Below are positions 11,328 to 24,270 of a stretch of DNA of 64,000 nt, piece by piece (the stretch's first letter is position 1; each line of letters starts with the position of its first letter). Source of the stretch: Psammoneis japonica. Lineage: Eukaryota. The stretch is from contig QPGO01000029.1 in assembly GCA_008632985.1 (NCBI GenBank), positions 508,874 through 572,873 on the forward strand, given 5' to 3'. Made by a program: the position numbers and the translations under genes. The notes beneath the pieces are model-generated. The model had not been told where the DNA came from. It made no database searches and saw only the letters and a program-made list of their open reading frames with translations.

Positions 11328-13421
11328 CACGCACAACATTCTGGATTTGAGATTCCAACATGTTGCAATGTGATGGATTTCCAGATTGAGGATGAGGATG
11401 CCGCAACAGCATTTTTTCTGAGAAGCGTTTCTCCATTGCGTTGCCTCGAGACGATGAGGCCATCTCGACCATCTCAATGTTTGCTCATCGTGACACTCAA
11501 TGCACCACAAGGTTCAGGATCACATTTTGGCCACGTCCAACCTTTTTGACACCAGCACACAGTCCTGCGAATCATCATCAGTCATACGTCTCCGAGGTCC
11601 AGCAGACTTCACCAGATGCGGCATGCGGTGGCGCAGGCCAGAGTCTGCTGAAGACTTCTCCCTCCTTTCGCGCCTCATCCATCTGTCTCGAATCAAGGCA
11701 GAATGAAGTCGATGACGCCAATGACAGCGCAAAACTGCTGGGGAACACAATCGGCTCAACACTTTCTTTGCCTTCATGGCACAGCATAAGCTGCTGCGGC
11801 TGGACGACGCGACACAGGACCAGTTGATGGTCTGATTGTCTGATTGTCAAGGAAAGGCATTGTCAATGTCGCGCCCACGAAATGCTGTAGAATCGAAGCT
11901 TGCCAGACTGTGCTACAGCATGAAAGACATCCAAGTGAAAGATGACAGGTGTGGTGTTGGTGTTTGCGCAAGTGACGACAAAGGCATTCTCGGTCGAGTT
12001 CATGCAAGTGGAGGCCACGACAACGCACTGCATCAGGCGATGACATGAAAATTTCCACCGCAGCTAGTCCGACATGCATGTGCACCTCGTTGTCATCTGG
12101 CCAGACAACATGAGACGAAGAAGAGGGACTTCTCCAGAATGAGAAACTTCACGTTTCGCAAGACGACACTACAACCGACGACACATTTGACACCATTCAT
12201 TTGGGAGTGCCATCTTCATTCCCATGCTTTTGTGGGCTGTTAAGTGCAGCATTTGCATCTTCGACTTTCTGTGCTCCGACTCCCTGAGCCGGAAGCTCAT
12301 TTGCACACCGCCTGCTCTACATTGCTCTGTGAATTGATGAAAACAACCGACACTGCACTTTTGGGTAATGTGAGTGCCACGGCCTTGCCCGCCACTCTAT
12401 TTGATTCATGGAAATGTGCTCGCTCGTTTTGATTCAAGGTCGTGTTTTGGGCATTCTCGTTGAACCAGCCATCGGTGCTGGCAAGCAATTGTCTTCAGGT
12501 TTCTTGCGCGGTCTTGGGTGGCAGAGATCTGGTTGTCTTCATTCCACGGCATTTTTGTTGGGCAGGACGAGGAGCTTGCGATTGGATGTGGTCACCTGTC
12601 CCAATGCTTGCCGTCGCAGCAATTCATGTCCCGATGTGATTTCTTCCATGATGGCTCTCGGGCTCAACGAAACCTTGGGTCTTTGTCTTTGCACTGGGTG
12701 AGGCATCCGTGAAAACGGCTTGAAGGCTTGTCCCATTGTCACAACTGTCATGGAGTGCGTCGAAGACCTGTGCTTCTGGCTCGTCTTTTGTCAACTTCAG
12801 AAGCTGCGTGCTCCAACACGGTGATCATGGTCTCTTGCAGATGTCTCAAAAGAGCGGATCTGGAGGTTTTCTCAGCTCTCAATGGCAGCTGCTCTTAATG
12901 TGGCGTCGGGCTTCTGGTGTGTCGCTGTCATTGACACTCTCAGTGCAAACATGGGGTGAAGTTGACGCCGGCATCTTCAGGGCATCCTACCGCACAGTGT
13001 GTTTGTGCTGGTCAATGGCACCTCCTTGGCATCTGCGGCAGGGATCGAGTTCAGGCAATCATGTCGGCGAGAAGCAGGCTGGACAGGTTGGAATCGTCAT
13101 GGCATTTGCATTGTTGTTGGTCATGCCCGCCATCGCTGTCACCAGTGTTGGAATTCTCAGAGAGGCACTCATTCAAGACAAAGAGTTTCTCATGCCACTG
13201 GAAGAAGCAAAAAGCCATTGGCCGCTGCCCACTTTTTCGTGTGTTTCCGCCGCAGCCATTGAGCGCATGCTGCATTCCACGGGACGGATGGGGGCATCTT
13301 TTGGATGGGAATCATTGCAAGCTTACGAGCTGGCAATGCTGATGCATTGTTCATGACAACCGCGGACTGTTGCAATTGCTCTCTCCCGCTGTGAGGGACG
13401 TTTTTCCACTGCTTGGGGTTT

Positions 13422-14405
13422 TCAGATGTACACACGCAGCCGATTGCAGTTCATGAACCGAGATGAAAACCATGATGGTCCCTGCGCAAGACGTGCCTTC
13501 TTGTGTCCCAACTTCTGCTCGAGCTCTTCCATGCGCTTGCGGACACGGCGGTGCTCTTCTTGGTTGGCGTCATCTCCATCGTCGTTGCCAGCCTCTTCAG
13601 AAGCAACTGAGCATGCTTGAGCCACTGCTGGCACCGGCTGCGGTGCCTCCTTTTTGTCGAGCAGCAAGCATCGTGTGATTCTGGCATGCAGTTCCGGGAG
13701 CAGACACTTTCCCGTTCCGATCTTGAGGCAGTCGTCGGGAAAGTCTATGTTCTCACCAAGGCCCAGGTTGTCAAGTTTCCAAAGTGACTTCACACAACCA
13801 ATCTCATCGAGGCGGCAGATGCAGGCTTTGTTTGCCATCTTCGTGTCCTGCTGGACTTGATTGTTGATGAGCATGGTGGCACAGGGTTTGGAATCGGAGT
13901 GGGTTCGGAGGTGGTTGACCGTCTTCAGACCATTGACACTCTTCGCATGGGCTTGAAAGTGATCAATGTGACGATTTGCAGCTTGAACTCGACGTTTGTT
14001 GTTTTCATCCTTCTTGTTCTCCTTCTGCTTGATCGTTGCTCGTAGGTTCAGAATCTCCTCCTCCAACTGGACATCCTCCAACTGAATGTCATCAACCAGC
14101 TCCCTCTCCTGTCGCATGCCCTCGACACTGTCTCCCCTGCTTTGGAGACAGCCATCAAATGTGTCGCACAGCTGTGCGTTGTTGCAGTGCACGCAAGTCT
14201 CCAACAGGTCCTCGTCAAACTCATCCGCAGGCACATGGACAAACCTGGAATCGCTAAGTTCCTGAACCGTCAGGCACTCGGCGACGCTCCTCACGTGGCG
14301 CCTCAACATGTTGGGCGTGAAAGCCGCCGCGTGCGCCTCTCCATTGTCAACAAGCATTCCAGCAGCGGCCGCACTGAACATGGTGAATGGCAGCAGAGAA
14401 TGCAA
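13422..14405 (-). pseudogene. Hypothetical coiled-coil/acidic protein, TpA-eroded (probable pseudogene or TE-associated ORF)
   Basis: 327-aa ORF with protein-like composition (RQERELVDDIQLEDVQLEEEILNLRATIKQKE; RVRKRMEELEQKL) but almost no Tyr. No recognisable family. Confidence 0.4.
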
Positions 14406-17400
14406 TGCAACAAATGACGGATGTCAACATTGTGAGGGTGGCTGGGGAGACTCATTTTTTTGCGTGTGGGAAAAGCACTGAATTCGCACGTAGCGCTCAA
14501 GTTGGACTAACGGCTGCGCAGAAAAATGCAGTGCACAAATGCAGTGCTGACTCCAGCTGCAATGGGCATCGACAACGGCTGTGTAGAAAAAGCACTGAAT
14601 TTGTACGCAGCATTCATCATGCACACAAAAGGTGACAACGACAACTTCTCTGCGTAGAAAAATGCACAAATGTTCCAGCACTGATTCTCCACCGGTGACG
14701 GCAGATTACACTGGCGAAACGTGCCAGGACAGACGTTGCATTTTTGTGTCATGCCAGCTACGGTGTGCGTGCACACAGCTCATGCACCAACCATAAACAA
14801 GATGTTTCAGAAGCACGCAACAACACGTTCAATTGGCGATTGAAATGAGCAAATTTGAGTGCGTTTGAGCACATTTGAGCACATCTGAACACATCTGAAC
14901 ACATCTGAACAACAGCACCAAGGGCTGCCATGAAGGTTGTCGGCTGGTTCTGGCAGCCAGCCAAGCAGTGTGAAAAACGAGTTGTTTTGGCACCAGCAGA
15001 TTGGCTTGATTGAAACAGGCTGTTTTGCGCCACTTGGCAAGGGTCAAATGGGTCAAACAATGGCTCTTTTCCATTCTCTCCATGTTGCAAAATGCAAGAG
15101 GAACATGTGCAGCTCTCCAAAAAACACTCTTTGTTCAACCCTCGAGGAGCATGCGGTGCCGGAAGTTTGTTGCAGGGCATTTGCAGTTTTGCCATCTCTG
15201 GTTGAAGCTTTCATGTCTTGCCAACAATCTTTCCTCTTGAGCTCTGCAGCTCTCACCAGGAGTCAAGTGCATTTTGAGCATGCCTGGCACACTCTGGCTT
15301 GGCTGTGTGGCTGCAGCCACAGTCGTCTCTCCAGTGGCTTTCACACACACCCAGAGGAAAATGCCCCCTCAGCTCTTGGCAAAAGAGCACAAGGCTGCAC
15401 TGCCTCCCTGCTGGCTGCACAGGGGTTCACACCCAAAGAAGCCATGGTCAATGCATCTGCAGCCCCATTTTACAGTTTGCACCAGGTTTCCACCAAGCCT
15501 GCAGCTCAAATTAGATGGCAAGAAAACAAGGGGGGCTGTTCATTGGCAGGACAGTGTGTGCCATCAATCAACAGACCAAAGATTTCACAAGTCTCTCCAG
15601 CCTCTTGAACCAAGCTAATCTGGTGCAAATGCAAAAAAAAAAAGCATCTGTCAGCCTTTTTGAGATCACAACAACCACATGACATGCTCTTGCTTTGCAC
15701 GCACCATGTGCCAAAGCAACAGCACAATTTTCAAAGTGAAATGGCCAGCTGACCACTTCTTGATGGCTTTGCCATGCTTGTCAAAAAAAGCCTTTGAGCT
15801 GTTTCTCCATCAGGTGCAAGAAATGGCAACAATGTGCAAGTGCTGTGGGGCTTGGTGCCACCTTTGATGCTGGTGCAAGCAGACTCCTCATCTGCTGTCA
15901 TCTGAAGATCATGCCACCAAATCAGCCCACTGCAAATGATTTGGGGAAGACTCTGCAAAGAGCATCTTGAAGCATGTGATGCATTTGCTCTGTTTCTGCA
16001 TCATTGTCATCTCTTGCAACTGCCTGGTGAGCTCAAGCCCAAGGCCCATGAGTTGGGCTGCACTGAACTCACTGGTGGTCATGGCATGGCAGGCTGCCAC
16101 ATCCCCTGTGTGCCAGATGCCAGAATGTGCACTGCATGCTGAGATGCCAAGGGATGGGTGATGGGCCTTTTGAAAAATTTGAAAATCAGCAAAGAGGTTG
16201 AAGATTGCAATTGATGTGAAAAAGTGCATGCTGGAAAAGAGCCACAGCAATTGGTGCATCATGCACACATCTTCAAGACAGGGCAAACATTTTCTCCTGG
16301 CAAAGCCCAGCACATGCCATTGCTGCAAGTTGTGTTGCCACATTCATCATGTTTCTTCACACCCATGTGCCTTGATTTTGCCACCAACTCATTGTGGGCA
16401 AACATGTCCATCCATGTTGAAACATGTTCACCCATGTTGATTGCACACTGCAGCCATTGCAAGTTGCTGAAAGTTGTTGGGGAAAAGCAGCAGAACCTGG
16501 CAAAATGGTGCCAAAATGAGGAGTTGTGCTGTTCCCATGGGCACAGTTGCACAGATCTTTAAAGACCTTCAAGAGAGCCTGAGTTGTCTTTTGTCATCAC
16601 TTGGCAATGGCACCCAAGGACAGCACCTGCATTCTCCAATGAAGAAGACAAGGCAGTTCCAGCAACAGCCTGACAAGTGACCACTCATCTGAGAGCAAGC
16701 CCTTTGCAAGCAAGAGCCGCCAAAGCATCATTGACAACGCGAAGCCCCCCAGCCAAGCAAAGGCTGAAAATTCAGGAAAGGAGGCTGATCTTTGCCAAGA
16801 GACCTTTTTGCAAAAGCTCCTCCTCCTTCTCCTCACTGCTTCCAACATGGCAGAAGACCTTTTCCCATGTTCTCATGGTCGCATTGGCCAACCAGCCCTT
16901 GCTGGTGCCGGCATTGCAGCTGCTGGTGGCACATGACCAGCCCATGCTTGTGCTGCAGCTGCTGATGGTGGTGATTGCAATCTGCCAGCAAGGACCAGTG
17001 GAAACTTGTTTGTGTCTGTCAGGCCCACCAAAGCTCTGGCAGACTTGGGCACATGCTGCATCATCATCCACAAGCTGACCATCCTAAGAAGAGTGGGGAT
17101 CTCTTTGCTCAAACTGTCTCCAATGTTGACATTGGCCTGCATGCCCCCAACTCAAACTGACCATCCCTGGTGTGACTGATGCACACAACTTCAACAAGAT
17201 CAACCTTTGGGCAATTTTGAGTTGTGGTGCATGGGTCTGTTGACTCCACACAGTTGGTTGCACAAGCATCCAGTGTGGCTCATGAGCTGGAGGAGGACCC
17301 AGTCCACAGATGGCAAATCACAAAGACTCTCTGCATCCTTCCCAATGGAGCACATTGTGCCAAAGTGACCACATCACAAGGTGCCTCACCCCCAGACACC

Positions 17401-19626
17401 ATTGTCAACAAAACCCTGTTTTGCCTGAGCACTGCTGCTCCAGGCTTGTCATCACATGAGGAGCAGCAGTTTGTTCCTCTTCCCTGGTGAGAGTTTGCAC
17501 ACAAGAAGAAAGCCCAGGCTTGCTCAGGATGTCTGTGACTGTGACAATGTTGATGATGTCTGCTTGGCAATGCAAGGGATGGATTTGAACCCTTGGCACA
17601 CATGCACCACTTGGTGTTTGCAGTCTGGCTGTCACAGCATGTGCACAAAATCTTGTCAACCTTGTGGGCATGCAAGCAAATGCCAATGGCAAAAATGACA
17701 GAGTGGTGGTTTTGTTGAAGCAAATGATGTTGAGGAGGAGGTGGACAACAATGATGTCAAGGTGGAGGAGGAGACAATGGCTGACAACTTGTCACAAAAT
17801 CTCCTGGAGGAGCATCTTGATGATCTCCAGACAACACTCAGGCTGACCTCAGCAGCAGTGCAGTGGATGACTTGATTGATGCCAATGAAAGCATTGTCAA
17901 TGATGATGGTGCCCCAAGCAATGAGGAGCCAATCATCTTTGTTGCCAGCAGGGCTTGCTGCAAAAAGCAACCCCACACAAGTTGGGTCCAACCAGTGCTG
18001 CAAGCAGAGCAGGCATCTTTGCAAGGACCATGGACTTGCACCTGGCAAGCTGGTGCTCAAGCAGCACAAAAACATGGACAGTGCACAGTGTTCTTTTGAG
18101 CATTGTGGTGACAAGCAACACTGTTTTGCTTTCATTTGCCCATGGCCATTTGGAGGTGCAAGGTGGGCTGGCCAGTGATTCTTTTTCTTGAAGCCCTGCC
18201 CCAATGCATTTTTCTCTTTCCTGTGCCAAGCTTGGTGAGTGGGTGTGTTCTCAAATCATTTCAAGGCAAAAAAGCAGATGTGTTCAGCATGCTGCAGGAT
18301 GGCAGATGCCAGAAATCACATGGAAAAAGTGTGAAACACCAGCCAGCAGAAATTGTCCTCAAGGTTCTTTGCCCTTTTGTCTGTGCAATGCAAGTCCCAA
18401 CAACCAACTAACCACACTCTTCCATGCAGTGCTTGGCAAGGTCAGTTGTTGTGTGGCAGTTGTCAATGCAGAGGATGTGGTCTTTCTTGTGAGAGAGGCC
18501 ACATTGATGGGTCAGAGATGAGCCTCCAGCATCTTGGGTGTGGTGTTGGTTTCTTCTGCATTGTCTTTTCTGCTGTGGATGTTGAAGAAATGCACACAAG
18601 CAGACTCAGCACAGCACAGAGCAAACACCTTCACCACATGCTTGATGGGCTTTGCCAGCATGCACTGGACAAAGGTGATGGCTCTCTCTCTCCTTGCAAA
18701 GAATCACACTGTCATCTGTCATCATCAGCTTCTTGCCACAGCTCCATCCTTTCTGAAGTTTGGAAGACAGAAGATTGAGTGTTGGAATGACTTTGAAGAA
18801 TGGGTCATGTCCTGGCAAACCTTTTGGGTGTGCTCTTGAACTCTGAGCAAAGTGAACATTTTCTGAAACCAAGTGCATCATGACTCATCACATTGCAAAT
18901 CCATGGGCACCCCCCAGCCACATGGCTCATGCTCCCAACAATGCAAGTGCAACCAACCAGAGCCCCTTGATCTGCAAAGCCTTGCTGTGGCAAGCAAGGC
19001 CAGCACACAACATCCTCTCATGAACTTGAATTTTTTCAGTTCCTGTTTGGCATCACACCTGTGCTGGGGAGTGGGATTCTCTTTGTAGAGCCTCTGAAAG
19101 TGTGGCAGGATTTCCCTTTGTTGCATGGCACCTCTTCTGTGGCAGACCTCTGATGCTGCACTCATCTCTGGTGCATGTGCAAGTCAAGTGTCCCAGGCAC
19201 CCCCAGTCTTCAGCATCTTGGTCTGCTTTCCAAGCTTCATGAGTGGCTTGTGCTGGCTGTTTCTCTGCTTGCAGAAGGTGTGCTTGTTTCTTTTGTCCAG
19301 ATTTCTTGAACTGAGACTGTCGAGAGTGACTTGTCCCATCACTTCTTGAACCTGTCACAGAACATGATGACAAGAAATGGCACCCCACAATCTGCCAACA
19401 AGTTGCGAGCATTTCCAGCAGCTGACCACTTGCAAACTTGCAGACAATGTCAAGCTGCAAATTGAGCAGCTGTGATTTGTTGGGGTGCAGCTCTCACACA
19501 ACCTTGGTGTCACTTCATGATGACACACCAGTGTGGATCCACAAAAAAGTTGCAATGCTTTCGCATTTCAGCCCACCACAGTGTGAGTGCTTTTGTGAGT
19601 GGAGCACCCTGCACATCCACTCCATG

Positions 19627-22600
19627 TGTTAGAGCATCTGGAGTGAGTGGGAAACAGAAACTCAGAAAGGAAATGTTGAAGATTTGGTGACACCTGACAA
19701 GCAAGTCTGCTTGTTGCCAATCTTGCTGACCTCATTTTGTCTCACTCTTTGGAGTGAGTCATCTGGTTTGCACAAATCTCATTGTGGCATCAGCAGGCAC
19801 CTGCTGCATTGTGAGATTGAAGTTTGTTGAGGACTTTCAGGCAAACTGCAGCTGCCACAGCAACCAGGACAAGTGTGACAAGCAGCACAGGAAACCTCAG
19901 AGGACCCCCTTTTGGTGACATTGATTTGTTGGTTCAACATTCACTCCAAATGGTCACAAGCACTGCATTTGGTGCATGGAGACAGTGACCTCCATTCAAT
20001 CATTTGACACACAGGAACCTGCCTTGTGAGCAGCAGAGAAGGAGGTGAATCTGGCAGAGGAGGCCAAGGCATCAGCCAAGGCAGAGGTGACAAGTCTTTC
20101 TGTGACAAGAACAAGAAGACCAACCTGAAGAAGAGCTTCAAACCAGAGTTTCATCTTTCATCAATGAACAGCAACTCATGCAATTGAATGTTTGAAGATG
20201 CCAATGAAAAGATCATCAATCACATGTGCAGAAGGAGCATGGTCAAGGTGCACATTTTGTGGGGTCTCTGGAAGGTGTGGCACACAGAAATTTCTCTGGC
20301 AAGAGTCCTGCATTGGCACTGCCAATGACAATGGTGCCAGAACCAGGTCAAGCAGATTGCCAAAGTGTGGCAAACAAGAGAGCATGAGAAGAAAGACAAC
20401 TCAAGCATGAGTGCAAGATCAAGCTGCACAACCACAGTGAGAAAGTGAAGAAGCTTGAAGAAAACAAAACCACTGCATTTGCAGTGATCAGTGATCCTGG
20501 ATGATTGCTGCACCAAGCAAATGAAGCAGAGAGTGCAAGCCAACCATGGTCACCAGAGGATCAGAGATGACCCCCCCAATCAAGCTGCTGAAGCTGATCA
20601 TCCAGTCACCAACACTCAACTCCATGAGAGGTTGACATCCATTCCATGCACTTGCCAAGTCCCTGAAGCACATGCTGCAAGTGAAACAATTGGAGGACGA
20701 GTCACTGAATGACCACCTGTCAAGATTTAAGAATCAATGAGATGCCACAAGCAAAGAAGGTCTTGGCAGCAAGATGCCAGATGGACTCATCAAAAACACC
20801 GAGGAGCACAAGGACTGCACCACCCCAGTGGAACAGACCACATTGAAAGACCCTGCATTCAAGACATGGATGACACACCTGTTTTCAGAGAACAGCAATG
20901 ACTGCTTCTGCAAAAGAGCCTCAAGAAGAGCCTTGCCAGAGACTGCAGCCTGGGGAGGGACTCACATCAGAAGACCCTGGAGAAGACAATGGATGCACTG
21001 CTGAGCCACCCAAAGGACAACAATCCATGCAAGAGATGGAGCAAGAAGAGTGGTGAATGTCCAAGTCTCAGGAACTAAGACAGGACTGACAACAGGTCCC
21101 AGAACCCACAAGATCAAAGTCATGCCCAGAGTGGTGATCAAGGTGGCAACACAGTGTGCTGTTGTTGTGGTGTGAACCAAACCACAAGTTCCCAGACTGC
21201 AAGTGTGAGGATGAATCCCACAGAAGAGCTGGTGCAAGGACAGTGGAAAGAAACTGGGTGCCAGGGGACATGGTCACACACAAAGAGACAAAGACCAGCA
21301 TTCATCAGCGAGCATTGACAATGCTGGCATTGACACCTGCAGGTTTCTTGGTGTTCCTCACCAAGAAATGAGGTGTTTGCACAAAAGGGCAAATTGTCTG
21401 CAATGGCAAACTGACCCCAGAATGGTTGGACAAAGATGAATCAGCGAGCCCTGCTGAACCCCTTGAAGGAATGTTGACAACAGCAATCATTGACACCCAT
21501 GAAGGACACAGTGAAATGAGCACCAATGCTCCAAACGCATTTGTGCAGATGACAACACTGGAGCCTGGAGAAGGCAAAGACCAGGTTGTGATGAAGATTG
21601 CAGGAGCACCAGTGGACATGCCAGCAAGCATTGATCCCAACCTGTGTGGACCTTGTGTGGTTCCAGAGAAAGGCAAGAGAGTCCCTCATGCCCAAGTCAT
21701 CAGAGCCATCTGCAGTGTGCCAATCTTGGCTCTGCTGTGGTGCAATCAATTTTTGGAAAGACTTGGAGAAAACAGGATTCAAGTTTGGCCCACATGTGAT
21801 TCTTTGTGCATTGCCAATCATGCAGTCAATGGCAAGCAGTGCAGCCCATGATTTAATTTCATGTGGATGACCCCATTGTTGAGCCACAAGAACCCAAAAG
21901 CAAATGACAAGTTTCTGAGCTGGTCAAACAAGATGAGCTGCAGCCATGGTGAAATTGTTGCTGCATGAGGGAAGAGACATGGCTGTTCTGGCATGACCCT
22001 GGATTTCAGCCAGAAGGGCAAAATGAGAGTTGACATGACAGACTGTGCTTGCAAGATGATTGACCAATTTCCAGAAAAGTCAAACAGTGCAGACATTGCT
22101 GTGACACTGGCTGGAGAAAAGACTTTTGACACCTGTGGGACAAGCTCATCAGATGCAAAGGCTCAGACCTTCCACAAATGTGGGTGGCCAAGAGACTGTT
22201 CCTGTCCAAGAGAGGCCAAAAGGATGTGCACCTCGCTGTCACTGCATCATGCATGGAAGTGAGAGCTCAAACACAAAGGACCTTGGAGTTGTCAAGTGGC
22301 ATGTGGACACATCATTTTTGCAGCACATCCCAATTTCAAGAGCCACGCCAAAGGAGGAGTTGTGACAATGGGTGGTGGAGCAGTGCAGGCCACTTCAAAG
22401 TGCAAGAAGCTCCACACTCCAAGAAGCACAGAAGCTGAACTTGTTTGAGTTGACAATGCCATGGCTGTGACACTGTGGACCAAGCTGTTCTTGGAACACC
22501 AAGGGCATCCAATCAAACATCCTGCACCAGGACAACAACAGTTCCGTCCCACTGGCAACTGATGGGTGCAATTGTGCCGGCAAGCAATCGCAAGCACTCA

Positions 22601-24270
22601 ACATTTGGCATTTGCTTGTTGCTGATCAGATCAAGAAGGGCAACTTAAGAGTGCAGTGTTGTCCTGCCAATGACACACTGGGGGAACAGGCCCATGGAGA
22701 GCCCTGTGGTTGCATGGGTGTCACACAACATGGAAGCTGGTGGAAACCTTGATGGAAATGGATGCCAGTCATGAAGTGCGACAATGTCTCACTGCTGCCA
22801 CACCAATGTTCTCCATTTTTGGTGACAAAGGGATTGGACCCCCACCCAAACACACTGGAGCATGCCACTGAGGCACACAAGACCAAAGATTTTTGGCAAG
22901 TCCTGGGAGCTGATTCCTGGGGACAGAACAAGCAACTGCATCTGTGTGAAGGATCGACCTCCAGCAGGTGAACAGCATTTGTGGAGCCCAAGTGGTGGGC
23001 CAGAGCAAGAGGAAAAAAGATCAGCTTTGCCTTGACAAGACCAACATTGACAAGTCATGTTGGAAACCACACATCAGTTTTCCCACCTTTGGCATGAGCA
23101 AGAATGGGATTTGTGGTCCCCTCATGAAGCTCCAGAAGCTGGATCCTGTCAAAGCACAAGATCGATGAAGCCTCATGCTGGATGCTGAAGGAGTTGTTTG
23201 GGATGCCAGGAACTTGGCAGCATTTTCTTGCCATGAGACCTGATGACCACACCTCCTTGAGAGGTGGCATTGCTGCACTGACATGGTGCATCTGGACTTG
23301 GCTCCAGAGAGGACAATCAATGGTTGGGTCATGGACCAGCTTGAGCATGTGGAAGACAAGAATGAGAAAGAGAAATGTCATTGCACTCATGTGGAGCACT
23401 TTGTGAAGAGTGCACAGAGAGCTGCACGTGCATTGGATGACATGATTGGCCACAGCACCGATGGCAAGAATGCTCATTTGCATGTTTGTGAGTCACAGGA
23501 TGTTGAGAATCCTCAAGTGAGTGGCAGTGACACCAAGAGTCTTGAGCAGACTGATGAGCCACAAGACCACAATGAGTCTGATGAACACATGAACCACGTG
23601 AACAGCAGAACATCACTGCAAGTGTCTGCCAGACACACACCCCACACTGTCACCACATTGGGCACATGAGCAAGAGCTCCCACCAACAAGGATGTGGGGA
23701 AGCCAGTCCTTCATCTCAAGCATGTGAGCTGGGCAAGAAATGAAGTCACTGCAGCAAGGGTGAGAAGGACCTCCAAGTTGTCAAGTGGCATGTGAGCACA
23801 TCATTTGCAGTGCGCCCCAATTTCAAGAGCTGTGCTGGAGGAGTTCTCATGACAACAAGCAACAGAGCAGTGCAGGTCATCTCAAAGTGCCAGAAGCTCA
23901 ATGCCTGAAGCAGCATGGAAGCTGAACTTCTTGGAGTCAATGATGCCAGGGCTGTGATGCTGTGGACAAAGCTGTTCATGGAACACCAAGGGCATCCAAT
24001 TGACAAAAACATCCTGCATCAGAACAACAAGAGCACTGTCCTGCTGGAGACTGGTGGGCACAAGAGTGCCAGCAAGTGGTCCCAAGCACTCAATGTGTGG
24101 CATTTCTTTGTTGCCAATCCGATTGAGAAAGGCAACTCACAAGTGCAGTGTTGTCCTGCCAATGACATGCTTGGAGAGTTCATGACTGAGCTGTCACAAG
24201 GCAAGAAGTTTTTAAAGTTTAAACAAGCCATTGTGGTGGGTGGCTGGCTTCAAGCGAGACAGGCATGAGT
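19627..24270 (+). mobile_element. Decayed, internally deleted copia family A, copy 2
   Basis: Putative LTR 19627-19781, PBS-like TGGCATCAGC 19785-19794, gag remnant ~20040-21290, RT remnant (DKDESASP...MLTTAIIDTHEG...PNAFVQ, 21426-21851; MTLDFSQKGKMRVDM), RNase H remnant (EAELLGVNDA...HQNNKSTVLLE, 23915-24268). Similar to 1-4449 in the opposite orientation. Confidence 0.8.

Noticed and set aside
14461..14912. CRISPR-like array
   Set aside because: Repeats are few, imperfect and irregular; eukaryotic context with no cas genes.
14700..19600. Numerous short ORFs as genes, or assignment to a specific TE class
   Set aside because: They are explained by the lack of TAA/TAG. The sequence is too decayed for me to recognise any domain.
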